Origin: Elusimicrobiaceae bacterium | Lineage (GTDB): Bacteria; Elusimicrobiota; Elusimicrobia; Elusimicrobiales; Elusimicrobiaceae | Assembly: GCA_045132175.1 (NCBI GenBank) | Contig: JBGURU010000042.1 | Location: forward strand, 59,887-123,886 | Length of the DNA stretch: 64,000 nucleotides | Direction of reading: 5' to 3' | Shown: in pieces, positions 10,136 to 18,084 of the stretch | Numbering within the stretch: position 1 is the first letter of the stretch | Layout: the number at the start of each line of letters is the position of its first letter | Translations under genes and position numbers: made by a program | The notes under the pieces: model-generated | What the model was told of the DNA's origin: nothing | What the model saw: the letters and a program-made list of their open reading frames with translations, nothing else | Databases searched by the model: none

Positions 10136-10456
10136 TTAAAGAGAAATCTCTTTTATTTTGATTTCGGTAAGATCTTGCCTATGCCCTTGGGTTCTTTCAT
10201 AACCTTTTTTAGGGCGTTTTTTGAAGATAAGAATCTTAGGACCGCGTAAGTGTCTTACAACTTCCGCGGTGACCTTAGCAGTTTTACCTGCCTTGGCATC
10301 TGATGAGGTACTTGTTTCTTCAGCAGCCCAAAGAACTTTGAGTTCTACGGTTTTGCCTGCTTCCGCTTCAAGTTTTTCAACCTTCAGATTTTGGCCTGGG
10401 GTGACCCAGTACTGTTTTCCACCAGTTTCTATAATTGCGTACATAATACTTTTCAT
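10136..10456 (-). CDS. rplU: 50S ribosomal protein L21 (true start possibly the internal ATG at 10444, MYAIIETGGKQY)
   Basis: MYAIIETGGKQYWV...FKKRPKKGYERTQGHRQ; conserved rplU-rpmA order. Confidence 0.93.
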   Translation of the reverse strand: MKSIMYAIIETGGKQYWVTPGQNLKVEKLEAEAGKTVELKVLWAAEETSTSSDAKAGKTAKVTAEVVRHLRGPKILIFKKRPKKGYERTQGHRQDLTEIKIKEISL

Positions 10457-10561
10457 TCTAAAAAAGTGAAAATTAACCCGCCCTTCTTCATTATTTTAAA
10501 GAGAGCAAGAACTTTTTTAGGGAATTTCTTCCAGATATATTATAGCATATTTTATATGCTT

Positions 10562-11113
10562 TTAGAACCAACGGCAAGAATAACGCCCGGTATTATTATT
10601 TAAGGAGCAATTTGCCGCCCCCGGCCTTGTATTGCATAATTTTTGACCTAAATTCCCTGCCTCTTGCCAGGCAACACACATCGCAGGCGCGCCACCCCAT
10701 GTATTGGAATTATTTAATCTTACATCATAATCCATATAATAATCATTATTCTTAAAGAGAAGACCTTGTACTTGAGATGCATTAAGAACAACAAATTGTG
10801 TATTATTATTAAAGGACATTGCTTCTCTTGTTATAAAACTTCCGCTAGCTGTCTTTAAATCAAAATCTTCAATAAGTGTTCCCCCAGGAATATCTATATC
10901 AAGTTCTGAAAATTTTTCTGCATATTGACCTTGTGCCATGTAATATCTTTCCTGTGCTTCTTTTACCGCTCTTGTTATATTCATTAAGGTAGAATATCTG
11001 CTTTTGAGTACGGCATATTTATATTGCGGTAAAGCAACCGCCGCAAGTATTCCGATAATTAAAACAACTACCAATAATTCTATTAAAGTAAAACCTTTAT
11101 TTTTCTTTTTCAT
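10562..11113 (-). CDS. Prepilin-type N-terminal cleavage/methylation domain protein (pilin-like)
   Basis: KKKNKG|[32 protein letters not shown]; variable C-terminus with Cys pairs (QKLCNTRPG). Confidence 0.85.
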   Translation of the reverse strand: MKKKNKGFTLIELLVVVLIIGILAAVALPQYKYAVLKSRYSTLMNITRAVKEAQERYYMAQGQYAEKFSELDIDIPGGTLIEDFDLKTASGSFITREAMSFNNNTQFVVLNASQVQGLLFKNNDYYMDYDVRLNNSNTWGGAPAMCVAWQEAGNLGQKLCNTRPGAANCSLNNNTGRYSCRWF

Positions 11114-11162
11114 AATCGCTCCTTAAACGCTTTATACGGTGTTTTATAATCTGTATGTGAAA

Positions 11163-11193
11163 ATTATACAAAAAAAAAAAAAATGGATGTCAA
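11163..11193 (-). promoter_or_regulatory. Pilin-cassette promoter B: TTGACA-tcca-T14-g-TATAAT (19-bp spacer)
   Basis: Minus-strand reading; A14 on the plus strand at 11170-11183. The upstream ~150 bp resembles the region upstream of promoter A. Confidence 0.6.
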
Positions 11194-11330
11194 GAGGATC
11201 GTAGTGAAAATAAAAATATGAGTATACCCGCCCAGCAAGTTTTTTGAGAAAATTAAAATTTGCCAAAAAGAATTAGCCGGCAAAAACTACAAAAACCAAA
11301 ATATCTTTCGTTATTTGCTAAAATATCTAT

Positions 11331-12194
11331 ATGAGTAATAACTATAAAATAACTATCGCCAAAAGTGCGGGTTTCTGCCCCGGTGTTAAAAATGCTATTG
11401 AGCGTGTATTGCACCTTTCCGAAGAAGGCAAAAAACCGGTTTATACCGTTGGCCCTTTAATTCATAATAAGCAAGTGACGCAAATGCTTGAAGAAAAGGA
11501 TATTTTTACTATTAACAATTTGAAAGAAGCAACCGATAAAAACGGTGTCTTGGTTATACGCGCACACGGTATTACGCCCGAATATCAAAAACAGGTTCTT
11601 GCCACAGGTTTAGAGGTTGTGGACTGCACTTGCCCGCTTGTCAAGCGCGCACATAATATAATAGATGAATTTGCAAAAAAGGGTTATTATACCATAATTA
11701 TCGGCGATGCGGAACACGCGGAAGTTATCGGCTTGCTTGGCTACACGCAGGGGCGCGGCATTGTTGTTGCAGATGCCGAGGAAGCAAAAAAATTGCCTTC
11801 TTACGATAAAGTAAATGTCGTTGCGCAAACTACGCAAAAAGAACAAACTTTTTTTGATGCGGCAGAAGTTATAAAACAAAAATCAAAAGTCTGCCAAGTG
11901 TCAAATACAATTTGTACACCGACAAAGCAAAGGCAAAAAGAAACTTTGGAACTTGCAAAAAATGCGGACCTTGTTATAGTTGTCGGCGGCAAACACAGCG
12001 CAAATACGGCGCGCCTTGCCAAACTTTGCGGCGAACTTTGCAAAAAAGTTCTGCACGTGGAAACAGCAGAAGAAGTGCAAAAACAAGATATAGAAAACGC
12101 AAAAAATATTTTAATAACTGCGGGTGCATCTACACCGAATTGGATTATTGAAGAAGTTGCCCAAAAAGTTGAAAAATTAAAAGTGGGAGAATAA
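11331..12194 (+). CDS. ispH: 4-hydroxy-3-methylbut-2-enyl diphosphate reductase
   Basis: GFCPGVKNAI, RAHG, CPLV, conserved Cys triad; 287 aa. Confidence 0.92.
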   Translation: MSNNYKITIAKSAGFCPGVKNAIERVLHLSEEGKKPVYTVGPLIHNKQVTQMLEEKDIFTINNLKEATDKNGVLVIRAHGITPEYQKQVLATGLEVVDCTCPLVKRAHNIIDEFAKKGYYTIIIGDAEHAEVIGLLGYTQGRGIVVADAEEAKKLPSYDKVNVVAQTTQKEQTFFDAAEVIKQKSKVCQVSNTICTPTKQRQKETLELAKNADLVIVVGGKHSANTARLAKLCGELCKKVLHVETAEEVQKQDIENAKNILITAGASTPNWIIEEVAQKVEKLKVGE

Positions 12195-13304
12195 ATGGAT
12201 AAAATTAAAAGAATCGGCGTTCTTACCGCCGGCGGGGATTGCCCCGGTTTAAATGCGGTCGTCAGAGCCGTAGCAAAGTATGCTTTAAAAGAAAATATTG
12301 AAGTGTACGGTTTTAAAAACGGTTTTGACGGACTTGTTAAAAATGATTTCATTTTGCTTGATAATAAAGCAGTTTCCGGTATTTTAACACGCGGCGGGAC
12401 AATACTAGGTACCAGCAATATTGCCAACCCTTTCCGCTATACTTTGCCGCCGCACGGCACACCGGAAAACCCAAAAGATGTTTCAGATATCGTCTTAAAA
12501 AATATAGAGAAAAATAAAATTGATGCTTTAGTGACAATAGGCGGGGACGGCACTTTATCAATGTCAAAACAATTTATTGATAAGGGCGTCAAAATTGTGG
12601 GCGTACCAAAAACTATTGATAATGACCTTTCCGCTACTGACTATACTTTCGGTTTTGACAGTGCATTATCTGTTGCAACAGACGCCATTGACCGCTTACA
12701 CACAACTGCAGAAGCGCATCACCGCGTTATGATAATTGAAACTATGGGCCGTTATGCAGGCTGGATTGCTTTGCGTTCTTGTATCGCAGGCGGCGGTGAT
12801 GTTTGTTTACTGCCCGAAATACCTTATAATGACGACCTTGTAGCACAAGCAATTTTAGACCGCCAAAAACAGGGTAAAACTTTCAGTATCATTGTCGCCG
12901 CGGAAGGCGCAAAAAACGAGAAAGGCGAAATGGCCATACAAAAAACCGTTAAAGGTTCAACGGACCCTATTCGCCTTGGCGGCATAGCGCAAAGAATTGC
13001 AAATATGCTTGAAAGCAAAATTAAAACCGAGTGCCGCGTAGTGGTACTCGGACATTTGCAACGCGGCGGCACGCCGACTGCGTTTGACAGGTGGCTTTCA
13101 ACGCGTTTCGGCTCTGCCGCGGTGGACCTTATTTTGAAAGGTAAAACCGGCTATATGGTGGCATTAAAAGGAACTGAAATTGTTTCAGTACCGATAGCGG
13201 AAGCCGTTGCACATTTAAAACGCGTGGACCCCAAAGGGCAGGAAGTACGCGCGGCGGTAAGCGTCGGCACAAGTTTCGGCGCAAATTTAAATTTTAAGGA
13301 CTAA
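12195..13304 (+). CDS. pfkA: 6-phosphofructokinase (PfkA family; GGDGT motif suggests ATP-dependent type)
   Basis: GVLTAGGDCPGLNAVVRAV, TIGGDGT, PKTIDNDL, MGRYAGWIAL. Confidence 0.88.
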   Translation: MDKIKRIGVLTAGGDCPGLNAVVRAVAKYALKENIEVYGFKNGFDGLVKNDFILLDNKAVSGILTRGGTILGTSNIANPFRYTLPPHGTPENPKDVSDIVLKNIEKNKIDALVTIGGDGTLSMSKQFIDKGVKIVGVPKTIDNDLSATDYTFGFDSALSVATDAIDRLHTTAEAHHRVMIIETMGRYAGWIALRSCIAGGGDVCLLPEIPYNDDLVAQAILDRQKQGKTFSIIVAAEGAKNEKGEMAIQKTVKGSTDPIRLGGIAQRIANMLESKIKTECRVVVLGHLQRGGTPTAFDRWLSTRFGSAAVDLILKGKTGYMVALKGTEIVSVPIAEAVAHLKRVDPKGQEVRAAVSVGTSFGANLNFKD

Positions 13305-13306
13305 TT

Positions 13307-14047
13307 ATGATAAATAAACAAGAATTGATGTTCGGTATTCACCCGATTCGCGAAGCATTAAAAAGTAAAAAAAGGCATATATTTGAATTATATATCGTCA
13401 AAGATAAAGCAAAAAGCCGCATTGTTGATGAAGTAATTAAAATGGCAAAAGCGGCAAATGTCGTCATAAAAAGTATTGATGCGCGCTTAATGGACAATAT
13501 GGTAAACGGCCAAAATCATCAAGGTTTAATTGCGCGCGCAGAGCCTTTAAAAACTTTACGTTTAAGTGATGCAATTTATCAGGCACAAGGCAAAAAGGAA
13601 CTTTGGCTTGCTTTAGATGAAGTGACTGACCCGCAAAATTTGGGCGCAATGCTTAGAAGTGCGGCCTGCCTTGGGTTTTCAACAGTATTACTGCCAAAAC
13701 ACAGAACTGTGGGCATTACACCGGCGGTACATAAAGTTGCTTGCGGTGCTTTGGAAACATTAAATATTGTGGAAGTTTCAAATTTAAATACCGCAATTTT
13801 GGACCTTAAAGACGAAGGCTTTTGGGTTTACGGTGCTGATATGGCGGGCAAAGATATTAAACATTTTTCTTATGCTTACCCTGCTTTGCTTGTAATCGGC
13901 TCTGAAGGCACAGGGTTAAGGGAAAAGACAAAAGAACACTGTGATGACATTATTGCCATTAAGCAAAAAGGCGGCGTGAGCAGTTTAAATGCGTCGGCAT
14001 CTGCGGCAATTATAATGTATGATTTAAGTTCTAAATTAGGTGATTAA
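13307..14047 (+). CDS. rlmB: SpoU/TrmH-family 23S rRNA 2'-O-methyltransferase (RlmB-like)
   Basis: N-terminal L30e-like substrate-binding region plus SpoU motifs (LDEVTDPQNLGAMLRSA, LVIGSEGTGL, SLNASASAAI). Confidence 0.85.
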   Translation: MINKQELMFGIHPIREALKSKKRHIFELYIVKDKAKSRIVDEVIKMAKAANVVIKSIDARLMDNMVNGQNHQGLIARAEPLKTLRLSDAIYQAQGKKELWLALDEVTDPQNLGAMLRSAACLGFSTVLLPKHRTVGITPAVHKVACGALETLNIVEVSNLNTAILDLKDEGFWVYGADMAGKDIKHFSYAYPALLVIGSEGTGLREKTKEHCDDIIAIKQKGGVSSLNASASAAIIMYDLSSKLGD

Positions 14048-15103
14048 ATGAAAGTTATAATGGCTTTAAGCGGCGGGGTTGATTCGGCCCTTTCCGCCTA
14101 TCTTTTGAAAGAACAAGGGCATGAAGTTATCGGCGCTATGATGCTGACTTGGGATGAAACTATGCCTATTCCGCCCGTCACGGGCGGTTGCCTTGCGCCG
14201 GAAGAAGAAGATTTGGAAGCAGCAAAGTCCGTCGCAAAAACAGTCGGTATTCCTTTAATTACCGTCAATTTGGCAAAAGAATTTGGCGAAATTGTTTTGA
14301 AAAATTTTAAACAGGAATACGCCGCAGGCAGAACACCAAACCCGTGTTTAATTTGTAATCAGAATTTAAAATTCGGGTTGCTTATGGAAGGCGTAAAAAA
14401 GCAGGGCATTGATTTTGATAAATTTGCCACAGGCCATTACTGCCGCATAAATTACGACGAAAATTTAAAACGCTGGCAACTTAAAACCGCAAGCGATATG
14501 AAAAAGGACCAAAGTTATTTTTTATACCGCTTAAGCCAAGAGCAACTTTCTAAAATAATTTTCCCGTTAAGTGAATTACCGAAAACCGAAGTCAGAAAAC
14601 TTGCGGAAAAATATAAACTGCCCGTCGCAAAAAGGCAAGACAGTCAAGATTTTTACGCCGGCGATTATAAAGATATTTTACAGTTCAAACCCAAACGCGG
14701 TGAGATTGTTGATAAGGCCGGCAAAGTGCTTGGCTACCACGAAGGTATTTGGAATTTTACTATCGGCAAACGCAAAGGTTTAATCGGCGGCGGCACAAAA
14801 GAGCCGATTTATGTTATCGGCCTTGATTCTTGCCACAACCGCGTTATTGCGGGCGGTAAAAACGATTTATTTTCAAAAGAAATTATTGTTGAAAATATAA
14901 ATTGGGTATCAATTCCGCCGACTGAAAATTTTAGCGCACAAGTTAAAATACGCGCGCAGCATAAACCTGCCGATGCGGAAATTTTTGTCAAAGATAATAC
15001 CGCAAAAGTAGTTTTTGCCGAGCCGCAAATGGCAGTGACGCCGGGGCAAAGTGCGGTGTTTTACAATAATGACATTTTACTTGCCGGCGGTGTGATTAAA
15101 TAG
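14048..15103 (+). CDS. mnmA: tRNA-specific 2-thiouridylase
   Basis: ALSGGVDSA PP-loop, NPCLICN, DQSYFLY motifs; 351 aa. Confidence 0.93.
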   Translation: MKVIMALSGGVDSALSAYLLKEQGHEVIGAMMLTWDETMPIPPVTGGCLAPEEEDLEAAKSVAKTVGIPLITVNLAKEFGEIVLKNFKQEYAAGRTPNPCLICNQNLKFGLLMEGVKKQGIDFDKFATGHYCRINYDENLKRWQLKTASDMKKDQSYFLYRLSQEQLSKIIFPLSELPKTEVRKLAEKYKLPVAKRQDSQDFYAGDYKDILQFKPKRGEIVDKAGKVLGYHEGIWNFTIGKRKGLIGGGTKEPIYVIGLDSCHNRVIAGGKNDLFSKEIIVENINWVSIPPTENFSAQVKIRAQHKPADAEIFVKDNTAKVVFAEPQMAVTPGQSAVFYNNDILLAGGVIK

Positions 15104-15112
15104 GAATACTAA

Positions 15113-15164
15113 TCCCCCACCCGTCGCTACGCGCCACCCTCCGCCCGCTGATGCGGGTGAGGGC
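15113..15164. repeat. GC-rich imperfect palindromic element R1
   Basis: cccccacccgtcgctacgcgccaCCCTCcgCCCGCtgatGCGGGtGAGGGc; strong GC island in AT-rich intergenic DNA. Confidence 0.6.
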
Positions 15165-15259
15165 AATAAAGAAAATACTTGCCGAGATATTATTAACGGT
15201 TTGGCTTTATTTGATATTTCAGCACCTTAACAGTTATTAAAAAATGTTATACTTTAGGA

Positions 15260-15509
15260 AAGGAGTTTTGTAGTAAATGCGGGGTTAAAAACCCCATAAA
15301 AATTTATCTGTTTTTTAGGGAATCCTAACGGATTAGAATTTTGCGAAAGCAAAATGACTTTCAAGCCTAGAAAACAGTCGTTATAAAAGTATAAAATAGG
15401 CGGACTAATTACCTGCATGTTTTATACTTAATGTTTGCCGTTCGTAAGAACGGCGAACTACGGCTGTTATGCTATGTCTTTGAAAGTCCATAGTATATCA
15501 GCCGTTTTT
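15260..15509 (+). ncRNA. Candidate structured RNA, copy C2 (paralog of 35423-35705), ending in an intrinsic terminator
   Basis: Extended -10 tgtTATACT at 15245-15253. Hairpins: 15281-15295; 15321-15334; 15338-15355 (GAAA loop); 15387-15429; 15437-15454 (GTAA loop). Terminator hairpin 15460-15505 plus T5. gactttcaa at 15356-15364 is complementary to the terminator loop at 15480-15488. Confidence 0.6.
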
Positions 15510-15550
15510 ATTTCCCCAAAAACAGTAAAAAATAAAAGTTGTTCCTTTTA

Positions 15551-15596
15551 CTCCCCACCCCTTTGCTGCTAGTGCGAGGGGCAAGGGGGTGGGGTT
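15551..15596. repeat. GC-rich imperfect palindromic element R2
   Basis: ctCCCCACCCCtTTGCtgctagtgcgaggGGCAAgGGGGTGGGGtt. Confidence 0.6.
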
Positions 15597-15622
15597 GTAA
15601 AATAAGGTTTTCTTAATTATTA

Positions 15623-15661
15623 ACCCCACACCTAACCTCTCCGCCTTAAGAAGGGGAGAGG
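15623..15661. repeat. GC-rich palindromic element R3
   Basis: accccacacctaaCCTCTCCgccttaagaagGGGAGAGG. Confidence 0.55.
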
Positions 15662-15702
15662 AATTATAGGAAGTACTTTAATTAAATTAAGGAGAAATAA
15701 AA

Positions 15703-16254
15703 ATGAAAAAAGTAAGAAAGTTGTTCAAAAAATCTAAGGGTTTTACCCTTATTGAAATGCTAGTGGTTGTTTTAATCATCGGCATTTTAGCCGGTATTGC
15801 CCTGCCGCAGTATCAAATGGCCGTCACGAAAGCAAAAGTAGCAAGCATTTTACCGCTTATGAGAAGATGGATAGATGCTTATCAAGAATATTATCTTCAA
15901 CATAATAGTTATTTAACGGAAGAAGGAGATGTTCCTGACACAGACACTCTAGGTGTTTCTTGGCCCTCCGATTGGACTTGTGATGAAGATTCTAAAGGTG
16001 CAAATTGTTGGAATGATTATTGGGACTGTTTTTCAAATGAAGATATGCTAGAAGATGATTCTATTATTTCATGTGTTCATAAGTTTAGTAATACTGAAAG
16101 AATTTTTATAGAATTAAATCAAGGGACAGATCCTTATGGTGTCAGGCTATGTATTGCTTACGGTTCTGCAACATCACAAGCAAACAAAGTATGCAAAGCA
16201 TTAGGTGGCACTTTGAAAAATGAAAATAATATTAATAATATTTATTCTTTTTAA
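15703..16254 (+). CDS. Prepilin-type N-terminal cleavage/methylation domain protein (pilin-like)
   Basis: KSKG|[43 protein letters not shown]; C-terminal NKVCKALGG motif; SD aaggag upstream. Confidence 0.85.
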   Translation: MKKVRKLFKKSKGFTLIEMLVVVLIIGILAGIALPQYQMAVTKAKVASILPLMRRWIDAYQEYYLQHNSYLTEEGDVPDTDTLGVSWPSDWTCDEDSKGANCWNDYWDCFSNEDMLEDDSIISCVHKFSNTERIFIELNQGTDPYGVRLCIAYGSATSQANKVCKALGGTLKNENNINNIYSF

Positions 16255-16261
16255 ATTAAAA

Positions 16262-16282
16262 TTCCCCGGTATGTCCGGGGAA
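16262..16282. terminator. Intrinsic terminator hairpin (pilin 15703 / aspS)
   Basis: ttCCCCGGtatgtCCGGGGaa between convergent genes. Confidence 0.6.
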
Positions 16283-16312
16283 TATAATAAAGACCTTTAC
16301 TCGTAAAGACTT

Positions 16313-18082
16313 TTATTTCTCAATTTTTGCTTCGTCAAGTAAAACTGCCAAATCATCAAGTTGTTGCTTATCAACAATGTTCGGGCTCTCAGTTAAGGGG
16401 CAGAAAGCCGCGGTTGTTTTCGGGAAAGCAATAACTTCTTTAATTGATTCTTCGCCGCAAAGCAAAGCAACCAAACGATCAAAGCCAAGCCCGAAACCGC
16501 CGTGCGGCGGCGCACCGCATTCCAAAGCATTTAAAAGCATACCAAAACGCCTTGCGCTTTCGGCTTTGGAATATTTCATTAAGTTCAAAATCTTTTCTTG
16601 CAAAGCGCGGTTGTGGTTTCTGATAGAGCCTGACGCAAGTTCCACACCGTTAAGCACTAAGTCAAATTGTTGGGAATTGACTTTTAAAGGGTCAGTATCA
16701 AGCAAAGGTATATCTTCCGCAACCGGCGCGGTAAACGGGTTGTGCGCGGCGTCATAGCGTTGTTCTTCTTCCACATATTCAAGCAAAGGGAAGTTAAGCA
16801 CAAACAAAGGCGCCCATTTTTTGGACGGTTTTAAACCAAGCACTTTTATGAGTTCTTTTCTTAAAGCACCCATAAAAAGCGAACAGGTGTGTTCATTATC
16901 ACTGCCAATAAAGACCGTATCATTTTCCGCAACTTTTAAATTATCGGCTAAATTTTTTAGTTCTGTTTCATTGAAAAATTTTGCGCTTGGGCCTTCAAAT
17001 TTACCTGCTTTATATTTGAGCCACACTAAACCTTTTGCGCCGTTTTTCTTTACAAGTTCAGTAAGTTTGTCTATCGCACCGCGTGATAAAACCGCGGCGG
17101 AATTTTCCGCCTTAATTGCGCGGATTACGCCTTTATTTGCCAAGATATCGGCAAACACTTTAAAGGCAGTTTTCGCAAAAATTGCGGAAACATCTTCAAT
17201 AAGCATACCGTAGCGCATATCGGGTTTATCGGATCCGTATTTTAAAAGTGCTTCTTTATACGGCATACGAATAAAAGGGGCATTTATCTGCTCGCCGGCA
17301 TTTGTAAAAACGGCGGTCATTAAACCTTCTATGGTTTTAAAAATATCATCAAGTTCCACAAAGGACATTTCCACGTCAATTTGTGTGTGTTCGGGTTGGC
17401 GATCTGCCCTTAAATCTTCGTCGCGGAAAGCGCGCGCAAGTTGGAAATATCTGTCAATACCGCTTGCCATTAAAGTTTGTTTGAACATTTGCGGGCTTTG
17501 CGGTAAGGCGTAAAATTTGCCTTTATGAACGCGTGAAGGCACCAAATAATCGCGTGCGCCTTCAGGCGTGGAACGTGTTAAAATAGGTGTTTCAATTTCT
17601 AAAAAACCGTTTTCGTCAAAATATCTGCGGGCCACTTGTGCGCATTTGTGGCGCATTTTTAAATTGCGTATCATGCGCGCATTACGCAAATCAAGATAGC
17701 GGTATTTAAGGCGAACATCTTCGGTAATATTTTTTTCCGTTTCAATATCAAAAGGTAAAGGAATTGAAGTGTTTAAAACTTCAATGGTATCAACAATAAT
17801 TTCAACTTCGCCCGTCGGTATATTTTTATTGATATAACCTTCTTTTCTTGCCGCCACTGTGCCTGTTGCGCAAATAACATATTCTTGGCGTAATGTTTGC
17901 GCAGTTTCAAAAGCGGTTTTGTTTGACGGGTCAATAACAAGTTGGACAAAGCCTTCGCGGTCGCGAAGGTCAATGAACAAAACGCCGCCGTGGTTTCTAT
18001 AACTATGCACCCAGCCGCAAAGCGTTTGTTTTGTACCTATCAATTTTGAATTTATAAGCCCTGCATAAGATGTTCTTTTCAT
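16313..18082 (-). CDS. aspS: Aspartate--tRNA ligase
   Basis: 589 aa class IIb: OB-fold N-terminus (GWVHSYRNHGGVLFIDLRD), FRDEDLRADRQPEHTQ, GAPPHGGFGLGFDR. Confidence 0.95.
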   Translation of the reverse strand: MKRTSYAGLINSKLIGTKQTLCGWVHSYRNHGGVLFIDLRDREGFVQLVIDPSNKTAFETAQTLRQEYVICATGTVAARKEGYINKNIPTGEVEIIVDTIEVLNTSIPLPFDIETEKNITEDVRLKYRYLDLRNARMIRNLKMRHKCAQVARRYFDENGFLEIETPILTRSTPEGARDYLVPSRVHKGKFYALPQSPQMFKQTLMASGIDRYFQLARAFRDEDLRADRQPEHTQIDVEMSFVELDDIFKTIEGLMTAVFTNAGEQINAPFIRMPYKEALLKYGSDKPDMRYGMLIEDVSAIFAKTAFKVFADILANKGVIRAIKAENSAAVLSRGAIDKLTELVKKNGAKGLVWLKYKAGKFEGPSAKFFNETELKNLADNLKVAENDTVFIGSDNEHTCSLFMGALRKELIKVLGLKPSKKWAPLFVLNFPLLEYVEEEQRYDAAHNPFTAPVAEDIPLLDTDPLKVNSQQFDLVLNGVELASGSIRNHNRALQEKILNLMKYSKAESARRFGMLLNALECGAPPHGGFGLGFDRLVALLCGEESIKEVIAFPKTTAAFCPLTESPNIVDKQQLDDLAVLLDEAKIEK

Positions 18083-18084
18083 AT

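Noticed and set aside
11801-12427. 208-aa minus-strand ORF spanning the ispH/pfkA junction. Many other antisense ORFs in the track are of the same kind, for example 1699-1983, 2593-3036, 4003-4569, 16821-17213, 19888-20418, 26491-26934, 44122-44637, 47779-48132, 52214-52675 and 58607-59011.
   Set aside because: All lie fully inside, and antisense or out of frame to, strongly supported conserved genes. They have low-complexity or biased composition typical of shadow ORFs.
15356-15488. 9-10-bp inverted repeats flanking ~115-130 bp in C2 (and the equivalent in C3) as a DNA invertase-driven invertible promoter switch
   Set aside because: The repeat sequences are completely different in the two otherwise homologous copies (gactttcaa versus tctacgcgag). 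That fits RNA base-pair covariation, not a shared recombinase recognition site. One repeat lies in the loop of a terminator hairpin, and no invertase gene is adjacent (xerC at 39351 is the housekeeping type).
15260-15509. C2/C3 as a known housekeeping RNA (RNase P, tmRNA, 6S, SRP) because of gaaagtcc-like and gaactacg strings
   Set aside because: They are too short for RNase P and lack its P4 and other universal blocks. There is no tRNA-like acceptor end or tag ORF for tmRNA. There is no end-to-end rod with a central bubble for 6S, and no SRP domain IV motif. Two paralogous copies upstream of surface genes also argue against these classes. An Rfam scan is still needed.
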